Assembly (NCBI GenBank): GCA_020848255.1
Contig: JADLAJ010000089.1
Span: forward strand, 1-43,833
Direction of reading: 5' to 3'
DNA: 43,833 nucleotides
Origin: Chitinophagales bacterium
Lineage (GTDB): Bacteria; Bacteroidota; Bacteroidia; Chitinophagales; JADIYW01
The position numbers and the translations under genes are program-made. Below the pieces are notes generated by a model that worked only from the letters and a program-made list of their open reading frames with translations, was not told where the DNA came from and ran no database searches. Every line of letters starts with the position of its first letter. The stretch's first letter is position 1. Positions 1-7,363 of this stretch are shown here, in pieces.

Positions 1-1
1 C

Positions 2-520
2 AGAAAAGGAAATGTAGCCATAGTAAATGCTATGGGTAATGGTGTAGCGGATGACAAAGCCATTTACACTTATGTTCCGGATATGATAAAATATTATCTG
101 AATGAGGAACCTTTGCTTAAAAATGTGCCGACTTACAGAATGGAAATTCCGGAAGAAAGGGAGTATGCATTTAACAACATGCATAAAATGGTGATTAAAA
201 AAACTAATGAGTCCGGTGGGTACGGGATGCTGATGGGGGAAAGTGCCAGCGATGAGGAAATTGCTAAATTCAAAGAAGCTATACTGAAAGAACCGCGTTC
301 TTATATTGCACAACCTACCGTAAAAATATCTACCGTTCCGTGTTATTTAGATGGTAAATTAGTACCGCGGCACATTGACTTACGTCCTTATGCATTGTGC
401 GGCCCAGACGGTGTAAAGCTGGTGGCAGGAGGCTTAACCAGGGTGGCACTAAAAGAAAATTCACTGGTGGTAAATTCATCGCAGGGCGGCGGTAGTAAAG
501 ACACCTGGATAATTGATTGA
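2..520 (+). CDS. circularly permuted type-2 ATP-grasp protein, C-terminal part (5' end outside window)
   Basis: The frame is open from base 2 ([20 protein letters not shown]...) and continues into tracked ORF 32..520. The sequence resembles the C-terminus of the DUF404/DUF407 ATP-grasp family that precedes alpha-E and transglutaminase genes. Confidence 0.75.
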   Translation, partial: RKGNVAIVNAMGNGVADDKAIYTYVPDMIKYYLNEEPLLKNVPTYRMEIPEEREYAFNNMHKMVIKKTNESGGYGMLMGESASDEEIAKFKEAILKEPRSYIAQPTVKISTVPCYLDGKLVPRHIDLRPYALCGPDGVKLVAGGLTRVALKENSLVVNSSQGGGSKDTWIID

Positions 521-596
521 TTGCTGTCATTGCGACTAACAGAAGAAATCTTGCTAGATTTCTCGCGATGCTCGAAATGACATTAAAAAGTAAAAC

Positions 597-1535
597 ATGC
601 TTAGTAGAATTGCAGAATCATTATTTTGGATGAACAGATATGTAGAACGTGCGGAAGGCATGATGCGTATGCTGAAAATCAATTATGTCACTTCTCTCGA
701 CAGAAGCGAAAAAGAAAACTACAACTGGAGTCCTGTATTGCAAATTTTCACAGAGCTGGAAGAGGATGAAATTGAAAAAATAAAAGACAATACGGAGGCA
801 ACCTTAAAATACATTATTTTAAACAAGAATAATACGAATTCCATCCGCTCTATTATTACAAAGGCACGTGAAAATGCTCGTGGGGTACAGGATCATATTA
901 CACGGGAAGTATGGGAAAGCATTAATGAATACTATCAGAAAATCAACAGTAAAAAAATAGAACAACTACTTGAATCCGGCGAACAACTCTATGCCATTTC
1001 TTCACTGATTGATGAAAGCCTTTATTTTTATGGGGTGGCAGAAGTAACCATGCCACGCGGGGAAGGCTGGAATTTTATGAATATGGGAAAGTTTATTGAA
1101 CGGGCCATTTTGACAGCTGATATTCTCGATATAAAATTTAACGACATCGAATACGACTTACACAACCCGATGGATATTCCCTACTGGAAAAATTTACTGT
1201 TATCGGTTTCCGGTTATGAATATTATATGAAAAGTTACCACACCGGTTTGCAGACACAAAATGTACTGGATATGATTGTGATGAATACCAACTTCCCTCG
1301 TTCTATTTTATATTCCGTAAAAAAGATCAGTCATATCATGGAAAAAATCACCCATGAACAAACAGATGCAGATGCAAATCTCGAAAAAGTAATAGGCAGG
1401 CTGCGCAGCAGAATCGAATATTCCGATCTGGATACGATTGCAAAAATCGGATTGCATAAATTTCTGGAAGAAATCATTGATGATGTCTATAATTTCAGTG
1501 ATAAATTAAGTAAAGTTTATTTTGCCTATCATTAA
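597..1535 (+). CDS. alpha-E domain-containing protein (DUF403)
   Basis: 312 aa ORF whose N-terminus, MLSRIAESLFWMNRYVERAE, is typical of the alpha-E family. It lies in the conserved position between the ATP-grasp and transglutaminase genes. Confidence 0.8.
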   Translation: MLSRIAESLFWMNRYVERAEGMMRMLKINYVTSLDRSEKENYNWSPVLQIFTELEEDEIEKIKDNTEATLKYIILNKNNTNSIRSIITKARENARGVQDHITREVWESINEYYQKINSKKIEQLLESGEQLYAISSLIDESLYFYGVAEVTMPRGEGWNFMNMGKFIERAILTADILDIKFNDIEYDLHNPMDIPYWKNLLLSVSGYEYYMKSYHTGLQTQNVLDMIVMNTNFPRSILYSVKKISHIMEKITHEQTDADANLEKVIGRLRSRIEYSDLDTIAKIGLHKFLEEIIDDVYNFSDKLSKVYFAYH

Positions 1536-1622
1536 AATAATTCTGAATTCAGCATTATGAATTCATCAATTAAAACTATACATTGTACACCATAAATCAT
1601 ACGTCGTAAATTACACATTCAG

Positions 1623-2564
1623 ATGCCTGTCTTCAAAATCCAACACATTACCAAATACAAATACGACAGACCTGTTCGGGAAAGTGCTAATCAGATAAAA
1701 ATATTTTCGTTTAACAAACCGGGCCAGGAAATCCTGAGCCACGAAATAGTGATTACAGACGAACCCAACATCAACAAATTCAGCGACTACTGGAGCAATA
1801 CGGTAGGATTTTTTACCGTTTCCAGGCCACATGAAGAATTAATCATCGACAGCAGGCTTATTGCAAAAACAACTTTACAGGAAATTGACGAAACGCTTTC
1901 TACTAAAGATGACTGGCAACTATTAGCAGATGAAATCTCCACTAATATTATTTTGTTAGACTTAGCTCAAAAAGAAAAAATAAAATCGCAGGAAAAAATA
2001 CAACTTATACTCGACCATATAACGTTTGACGCATGTTCACCGCTGGAAGCAGCGAAAAAATATTCTCAGTTTATTTTTGAGAATTTCAAGTATGTAAAAG
2101 GCATCACGAATGTAGAAACAAGGGTTGATGAAATCCTGGAGTTCCGTTCCGGTGTATGTCAGGATTTTGCACATGTTTTACTGCAATTACTTCGCACGAT
2201 CGGCATTCCGAGTCGTTACGTCAGCGGCTATATTTGTCCGAATAAGAACGGCATGAGAGGTGAAGGTGCCACCCATGCCTGGATTGACGCTTATATCCCT
2301 AAGCTGGGCTGGATTGGACTTGACCCTACTAATAATTGCTTCGCCAATGAACATCATATTCAACTGGCAGTAGGCAGAGATTTTTCCGATTGCACACCTA
2401 TTAAGGGAACATTTAAAGGTCCTGCAAATCATGAGCTGATGGTTTATGTTTCCGTTGGCTACGAAGACGGCACTGTATTTGAAGATGAAAATGAAGTTTT
2501 AATGAATAAGGAGGAAAGCGATAAAGCACCGGTTATTCATATTCAAAACCAACAGCAGCAATAA
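1623..2564 (+). CDS. transglutaminase family protein
   Basis: 313 aa ORF with a transglutaminase core Cys motif (SGVCQDFAHVLLQLLRTIGIPSRYVSGY) and downstream HAW and DPTN motifs, giving a Cys-His-Asp triad. Its N-terminal region resembles the bacterial transglutaminase N-domain. Confidence 0.85.
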   Translation: MPVFKIQHITKYKYDRPVRESANQIKIFSFNKPGQEILSHEIVITDEPNINKFSDYWSNTVGFFTVSRPHEELIIDSRLIAKTTLQEIDETLSTKDDWQLLADEISTNIILLDLAQKEKIKSQEKIQLILDHITFDACSPLEAAKKYSQFIFENFKYVKGITNVETRVDEILEFRSGVCQDFAHVLLQLLRTIGIPSRYVSGYICPNKNGMRGEGATHAWIDAYIPKLGWIGLDPTNNCFANEHHIQLAVGRDFSDCTPIKGTFKGPANHELMVYVSVGYEDGTVFEDENEVLMNKEESDKAPVIHIQNQQQQ

Positions 2565-3245
2565 TTACAAATTCGTCCACTTGCCGGTCAGGCTATCGAA
2601 TTTTAATCCTTCATTCAGCAGTCGTATAAATTCATTTCTGGAAATTTCTTTGGCACCCAGGGTGGCAACATGTTCCGTAAATACCTGTGCATCAATAAAC
2701 AGAAAGTTGTATTTTTTTAAAAACTCTACCATTTTTATCAGGGCAAATTTAGAAGCATTACTGACTGAATGAAACATGGATTCAGCAAAAAAACAATTAC
2801 CTAAACTAACTCCGTACACGCCGCCGACAATTTTATCATCCTGCCAGACCTCCACGGAATGCGCGAACCCCAGATAATATAGTTCTGTATATGCTTTTAT
2901 CATCTCTCCCGTTATCCAGGTTCCGTCCTGTTCTTTTCTGTCAGTGACAGCACACTGATGAATGATAAACGGAAAATCTGTATCGAATGTAACTTTGAAT
3001 GTATTTGAATTCAACACTCTTCGCATGCTTCTTGAAATATGTAATTCATCAGGCATCAGCACAAACCTGTCTTCGGGTGAGTGCCAGATAATCGGTTCTT
3101 CTTCGCTGTACCACGGAAAAATACCTTTTTGATAAGCCAGCAACAGGCGTTCCGGAGATAAGTCACCGCCAATGGCAACAATACCTTCTTCCGCACCTTC
3201 AACAGGCGGAAAATCAATCTTATCAGTTAGTAAATATATGGGCAA
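2565..3245 (-). CDS. aat: leucyl/phenylalanyl-tRNA--protein transferase
   Basis: 226 aa ORF containing GGDLSPERLLLAYQKGIFPW and LHISRSMRR. It appears collinear with E. coli Aat as recalled from memory. Confidence 0.9.
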   Translation of the reverse strand: MPIYLLTDKIDFPPVEGAEEGIVAIGGDLSPERLLLAYQKGIFPWYSEEEPIIWHSPEDRFVLMPDELHISRSMRRVLNSNTFKVTFDTDFPFIIHQCAVTDRKEQDGTWITGEMIKAYTELYYLGFAHSVEVWQDDKIVGGVYGVSLGNCFFAESMFHSVSNASKFALIKMVEFLKKYNFLFIDAQVFTEHVATLGAKEISRNEFIRLLNEGLKFDSLTGKWTNL

Positions 3246-3250
3246 ATTCG

Positions 3251-3556
3251 TTAATTGCAGGATTCTACGGCTGCAGAAATTCCTCTGTCGTGCAGCGCAT
3301 CTTTCATCGGTATTAATTTTAATTCATCACCGTGCAATACGGCATATTTTCCTTTAAAATGAATAAACATGGCACATTGAGTAGCCTGTTCATGTGTATG
3401 ATTACAAATCGCGATTAATGACTCTATAACCCAGTCGAATGTATTCACATCGTCATTATAGACTACTAACTGATGACTGAATTCGGTAGCCGTCTCTTCC
3501 AAAACAGCTCCGTCTTCCTGTACCAGCGTATCCGAATTAAAAGAATATATACTCAT
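3251..3556 (-). CDS. clpS: ATP-dependent Clp protease adaptor ClpS
   Basis: 101 aa ORF with the ClpS core VVYNDDVNTFDWVIESLIAICNHTHEQATQCAMFIHFKGKYAV. It sits 5 nt upstream of aat on the same strand. Confidence 0.9.
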   Translation of the reverse strand: MSIYSFNSDTLVQEDGAVLEETATEFSHQLVVYNDDVNTFDWVIESLIAICNHTHEQATQCAMFIHFKGKYAVLHGDELKLIPMKDALHDRGISAAVESCN

Positions 3557-3614
3557 GGAGGTAAAAATTTACACTACAAGATTACGAAAAAATTGAGATA
3601 TGAGAAAAACTAAG

Positions 3615-3685
3615 TTTCACAAAAATAAAAAAGGCCCGGGAAAACCGAACCTGTTTTTGTAGCGAGGACGGGAATTGAACCCGTG
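3615..3685. repeat. 71-bp direct repeat, copy 1 (tRNA terminator plus tRNA 3' acceptor/T-arm)
   Basis: tttcacaaaaataaaaaaggcccgggaaaaccgaacctgtttttgtagcgaggacgggaattgaacccgtg is identical at 3615..3685 and 3952..4022. Confidence 0.95.
3621..3652 (-). terminator. rho-independent terminator (copy 1)
   Basis: On the minus strand, aggttcgg/cccgggcct forms a stem of about 8 bp (two G-U pairs) followed by a T-run (ttttttatttttg). Confidence 0.5.
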
Positions 3686-3711
3686 TCCGCCGCGGCGGAT
3701 ATGAATCCTGC
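3660..3711 (-). pseudogene. tRNA-Met 3' fragment (non-functional remnant)
   Basis: It has the acceptor 3' strand and T-arm (agcgagg acggg aattgaa cccgt) and an anticodon-loop piece (atgaatcctgc) matching the intact tRNA at 26886..26959. The variable region and 3' anticodon stem are replaced by the palindrome tccgccgcggcgga. No D-arm or 5' acceptor follows. Confidence 0.65.
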
Positions 3712-3751
3712 ATATTTTAATGAAAAAATGACGGTAATATTTCCTTTTGAA

Positions 3752-3952
3752 TCAAATCCCTACCAACTCCAGACTTAAGGTATTTTTCTCTTTATATATC
3801 TCTGTATAGACCACTATCCAAGGCCTATACCTTATTGACCATCCCTTTTTTGAGTAACAATTATGTGATTTTAAACGCTCCTCTAAATCAGATGTAAAAC
3901 CCACATAAGTTTTATAATGACTTTGAGAATACAAGATATATACATGATACAT
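3752..3952 (-). CDS. GIY-YIG nuclease family protein (small URI-type), possibly frameshifted at the 3' end
   Basis: MYHVYILYS...YVGFTSDLEERLKSHN...KGWSIRYRPW matches the GIY-YIG motif layout. The expected C-terminal REKYLKSGVGRDLI segment is readable only in another frame, running down to a stop at 3717..3719. Confidence 0.7.
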   Translation of the reverse strand: MYHVYILYSQSHYKTYVGFTSDLEERLKSHNCYSKKGWSIRYRPWIVVYTEIYKEKNTLSLELVGI

Positions 3953-4022
3953 TTCACAAAAATAAAAAAGGCCCGGGAAAACCGAACCTGTTTTTGTAGC
4001 GAGGACGGGAATTGAACCCGTG
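3952..4022. repeat. 71-bp direct repeat, copy 2
   Basis: Identical to 3615..3685. Its first base is the last base of the GIY-YIG start codon. Confidence 0.95.
3958..3989 (-). terminator. rho-independent terminator of the native tRNA-Met (copy 2)
   Basis: Same hairpin and T-run as copy 1, immediately 3' of the displaced tRNA 3' half. Confidence 0.5.
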
Positions 4023-4038
4023 ACCTCAGGGTTATGAA
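3997..4038 (-). pseudogene. displaced native 3' half of tRNA-Met (attL side)
   Basis: t agcgagg acggg aattgaa cccgt gacct caggg ttatgaa comprises discriminator, acceptor 3' strand, T-arm, variable loop, 3' anticodon stem and anticodon loop. Similarity to the intact tRNA stops at 4039. Confidence 0.85.
4021..4038. repeat. attL core (18 bp, tgacctcagggttatgaa)
   Basis: Identical 18-mer at 26910..26927 inside the intact tRNA. Confidence 0.9.
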
Positions 4039-4098
4039 AACTGATTTACAAATAGTTACATTAATAAAAAGATGGTTTTAGTGTGGTTTAAGCCGTTT

Positions 4099-4124
4099 TC
4101 CTCACTCTAATTCCTCACTCTAAT
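4099..4124. repeat. tandem 13-bp repeat tcctcactctaat x2 near the island left end
   Basis: Perfect tandem copies at 4099..4111 and 4112..4124. A 12/13 match (tcctcactctaa) lies at 26805..26816 and a partial cctcactc at 26793..26800, near the right end. Confidence 0.9.
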
Positions 4125-4532
4125 ACTATCTAACGGTACTTTATGTACCTAAACCGTTCTTTGTAATCCACGTTTTTGTTGTAAAACAAATTACGGTTAA
4201 TGTGACTAAATTCTGAAAATATGCCCCCCTTCCTGCTACATGATTTTCTATTTAAACCGTTGCTGTTACCGAACTCCTATATATGTACACTTTAAACCAC
4301 ATAATAGCACATCACCTGAAAGCCGAACTGGCGACTAAAAAATTTTTTAAAAATTTAGAGCGTATCATTTTGAACCATTGATATAAATCAATTAATAAAT
4401 TTTTTTTACTGAAAATGTGCCTATATGCTACACTTTTAGAATTTCCGTACTATTTATTGATTCAGATGTGGGACAATAAATCTTGTATGGGATTCCTGTA
4501 TCAAATAACAAATATTATAATATGTATGAAAA

Positions 4533-5171
4533 ATGAAAAAATTAGAAAACCTAACAGAGTTTATCAAACGAACCAATAAAAGCAAAAGTAAAATATACAG
4601 GTTCTACAAATTAAATCAAGATTTGTTTTCAGAAACGGTGCTTAAAAAAAAGAGATTATTTCCTATTGAACATGAGAGATATTTCAACTCCGAATTAATG
4701 TTTGATGAAAATAAGATACTCCGAACAGAAAATAAGTCAATGAGAAATCTAATTGATTGTTTGGTAGATAAAGATAGCCTACAATTCAGACTTTGGGAAC
4801 TTGAATGGAGTTTCTTCTTTACCGTAGCATATCAAGCTGATAGAAATAAAAAATCTTGTTATAGACAGATTAATGGTATGTATGAGCATCTATTATCAAA
4901 ATACGGTGATGAAACTGGAGTACGAATATTTTTTACTACCGAACCATTTGCCAATAAAGCAGGTTATCATAATCATTTTGTGATTCACATAGAAAAGAAA
5001 TCTTTACATCAGGAAATTGTAGAAGAAATAAAAAGCTATTTCAGCTACGACAGAGTTGATGTGAGTTTATATGACCGATATAAAGCTGCTTTATTCTATG
5101 CTTCAAAAGAAGGCTTAGTGAATGAAGACTGGGATTTATTTGGCAATAAATTGAGTAACGAAAACAATTAG
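4533..5171 (+). CDS. hypothetical protein with HUH/Rep-like motif arrangement
   Basis: 212 aa ORF carrying FFFTVAY, GYHNHFVIHI and FYASKEG in the order and spacing of rolling-circle Rep motifs I, II and III. The N-terminus is basic. This rests on motifs only. Confidence 0.4.
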   Translation: MKKLENLTEFIKRTNKSKSKIYRFYKLNQDLFSETVLKKKRLFPIEHERYFNSELMFDENKILRTENKSMRNLIDCLVDKDSLQFRLWELEWSFFFTVAYQADRNKKSCYRQINGMYEHLLSKYGDETGVRIFFTTEPFANKAGYHNHFVIHIEKKSLHQEIVEEIKSYFSYDRVDVSLYDRYKAALFYASKEGLVNEDWDLFGNKLSNENN

Positions 5172-5173
5172 TA

Positions 5174-5311
5174 ATGAGAATTAAAATCACCAAAAAACAG
5201 TTTAAGTTGCTGTTTGATAATCTTTATATACTTTCAGAAAAAGGATTAGAGATGAAAATGAGTGGCGCAACATTTCTTTATTTATTTGGCGACGGTAAAA
5301 TCGCCAAATAA
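5174..5311 (+). CDS. small hypothetical ORF (45 aa)
   Basis: An ATG lies 2 nt after the stop of the preceding gene (MRIKITKKQFKLLFDNLYILSEKGLEMKMSGATFLYLFGDGKIAK). No recognisable motif. Confidence 0.25.
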   Translation: MRIKITKKQFKLLFDNLYILSEKGLEMKMSGATFLYLFGDGKIAK

Positions 5312-5327
5312 ATAAGTTTAAAGGTAC

Positions 5328-5762
5328 TTAGTTTATGTTTTTCAAATCATAGCTATACTTACCATTATTAAACGTAATTAGCATATTATAATCTTGATTT
5401 TTTTGTAAATCCAAATCGAATGTGGTGATGTTAAAATTCGTTTTTATATTAGACAACGGTACGCCGAGTTGAATCTGTATCTTCTCATTTGTTATTGGGA
5501 TTGTCGTACTAAATGACTTCTTAAAATAAAAAGATGACAACGATTCTTTATTCAAATATAAATCCAGTTTAAAGTCAAATAAATATGAACGTCCTACCCA
5601 TGAAATAGTTAGTGTTCCTGTCTTGTTATTTATGGTGGCGACACTTATAGAATTATCTTCATTATTTAAGGTCTCATTTTTCAAGTTTTCATACTCCGAA
5701 CTTGTTATTACTCCATCATCAAATAATTGTTTGAGTTCTTTAATTTTTTGTAGCTTATCCAT
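5328..5762 (-). CDS. SHOCT-like domain protein (N-terminal SHOCT plus beta-rich C-terminal domain)
   Basis: DKLQKIKELKQLFDDGVITSSEYENLKNETL matches the SHOCT consensus as recalled. The start overlaps the upstream gene's stop (ATGGATAA). Confidence 0.6.
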   Translation of the reverse strand: MDKLQKIKELKQLFDDGVITSSEYENLKNETLNNEDNSISVATINNKTGTLTISWVGRSYLFDFKLDLYLNKESLSSFYFKKSFSTTIPITNEKIQIQLGVPLSNIKTNFNITTFDLDLQKNQDYNMLITFNNGKYSYDLKNIN

Positions 5763-6168
5763 ACATTATGATATTAAAAGTTAGAATAATGATTAATGCT
5801 GCTATATCTGCGCCGAAAAGCAACCTATATTTAGATTTAATTAGTGACATGTGTCTGAATGCAATAAATTGAATTAATAGTCTAAAAGCTATTTGAGCAA
5901 TGATTATTAAGAAGTAAAAGACAGATTGATTATTTAAAGTATTTGCTTCTTTAAAATGAAATGATAAACAATTATATAAGCCTCTTGTCAGTCCACATGA
6001 CCTGCATTGATGACCATAAATAATTTTATACTCACATGGCATATTTAAACCAAAGAATCTATTTATAATAACATATAGTATTACAAACGAAATGAGGTAC
6101 ATAATCATACTATTAAAAAGTAAGTATGCTTCATATTCCTGAATCGATTTTTGTTTTAGAATTTCCAT
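5755..6168 (-). CDS. DUF2752-like membrane protein
   Basis: A CEYKIIYGHQCRSCGLTRG motif (C..G..C..CG.TR) flanked by hydrophobic helices. The start is chosen at the internal MEILKQK, which overlaps the upstream gene by 13 nt. The tracked ORF extends to 6222. Confidence 0.6.
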   Translation of the reverse strand: MEILKQKSIQEYEAYLLFNSMIMYLISFVILYVIINRFFGLNMPCEYKIIYGHQCRSCGLTRGLYNCLSFHFKEANTLNNQSVFYFLIIIAQIAFRLLIQFIAFRHMSLIKSKYRLLFGADIAALIIILTFNIIMYG

Positions 6169-6794
6169 CCAGCATTGAATAAAACAATAGCAATAAAGAT
6201 TTCTATCAACGATATAGCACAAAGTATTTTATCACCTACTGTCGCATCCATCCTACTTAAAATGAAGAAGGAAATGAATACCGAAGCAAATCCAGCCGAA
6301 CCAGCACCTAAGTATATCATACATGGTGACACGTTGATAAAGTACAAAACCGCTCCACCACACAAAACGTTTATAATACCAGCAGCAGCATAATTAAACC
6401 CTTGTCTATCGGAATTCATCTTAGCGATTTCTTGTGTCGAAAAGACTTTATTGCAAATGTCTATTTCATCTTTTGTCATCTCCGCAGGTGCATGAGTTTG
6501 TTTCATTTGGATAAACGGTTTTATTAAATCAAGTTCTTTATTACTTATGTTATTGAGGTCAAAATATTCTATCGGCGGCGGATTAATTAGTTTTCCGTTA
6601 GCATCGTTGAAAGACTTCAAAAATATTCTATGACCTTCACCAGTTTTGTTATTAGATGTATTCTGATTTACATTTAGTGATGTATTATTATCACTTAGAA
6701 TTTCCTTTTTCAGGTTTTCAAGTTCTTCAATTGTTATTGCTCCTGACTTGTATAGGTTATTTAGCTCCGCTAACTTCTCAATTTTATTATTCAT
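6156..6794 (-). CDS. SHOCT-like domain membrane protein
   Basis: N-terminal NKIEKLAELNNLYKSGAITIEELENLKKEIL is SHOCT-like. The C-terminal ~70 aa are strongly hydrophobic, consistent with 2-3 TM helices. Confidence 0.6.
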   Translation of the reverse strand: MNNKIEKLAELNNLYKSGAITIEELENLKKEILSDNNTSLNVNQNTSNNKTGEGHRIFLKSFNDANGKLINPPPIEYFDLNNISNKELDLIKPFIQMKQTHAPAEMTKDEIDICNKVFSTQEIAKMNSDRQGFNYAAAGIINVLCGGAVLYFINVSPCMIYLGAGSAGFASVFISFFILSRMDATVGDKILCAISLIEIFIAIVLFNAGWKF

Positions 6795-6824
6795 AGTATT
6801 GATTTATATTTTTTTGGTGTAATT

Positions 6825-6832
6825 CAAAAATA
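6825..6832 (-). promoter_or_regulatory. candidate Bacteroidota -7 promoter box (TATTTTTG on minus strand)
   Basis: Matches the TAnnTTTG consensus about 30 nt upstream of the ATG at 6794, with a TTG further upstream. Pattern match only. Confidence 0.3.
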
Positions 6833-6893
6833 AGAAAAAATTTCAAACAAGGGGCGTACTCGCCACCATTAATAAATTATTTACTTCGCACTT

Positions 6894-7136
6894 TTGAGTG
6901 TGAAAAACGAGGAGTGTTTAGAAGCATTTGGAGAACATTTAAAACTGCTCCGAAAAAAATATAAATTCAGTCAACAAGTTTTGGCGAACAAAGCCGATAT
7001 TGATAAAAAGACAATTCAGAGAATAGAGTTTAACCAGCTTAATCCATCTTTAGATACTTTGTGTTCCATTGCAATCGGATTTGATATATCATTAAGCGAA
7101 CTGCTGAATTTCAAATACACGGTTAGGAAAGATTAA
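6894..7136 (+). CDS. XRE-family helix-turn-helix transcriptional regulator
   Basis: 80 aa ORF with the HTH_3-like FSQQVLANKADIDKKTIQRIEFNQLNPSLDTLCSIAIGFDISLSELL. TTG start. Divergent from the SHOCT operon. Confidence 0.8.
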   Translation: MSVKNEECLEAFGEHLKLLRKKYKFSQQVLANKADIDKKTIQRIEFNQLNPSLDTLCSIAIGFDISLSELLNFKYTVRKD

Positions 7137-7363
7137 TTTCCTATAATACCTACCTCACCAATTAACAACACCAAACCACCCATTTTTCTATAAAATGTTC
7201 ACTATTATAAGAAGTGTACATTATAAAATCACTCATTCTGTTGATTGTCAGTCAGTTGGATTGTTTTTAATAATTTTAAGCAATATTAATGTTCACTTTT
7301 ATACAAATAGTTGTATATATGAACATTATTGTTTATCTTTACATATCATTAAAAATAAACAAC

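Noticed and set aside
3660-3711. Inner tRNA-like fragment as a functional tRNA with a long variable arm formed by the GC palindrome
   Set aside because: No D-arm or 5' acceptor strand follows at 3712 onward, and no anticodon stem can be paired, so it cannot fold into a cloverleaf.
4099-4124. Tandem 13-mers as a possible CRISPR or minisatellite
   Set aside because: There are only two abutting copies with no spacers, so this is not CRISPR-like. It is treated instead as a candidate recombinase arm site.
7194-7297. 10-bp direct repeat aatgttcact at 7194..7203 and 7288..7297, upstream of the short recombinase
   Set aside because: It is only 10 bp in an AT-rich region, so chance recurrence cannot be excluded without a genome-wide count. 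It is noted but not called a binding site.
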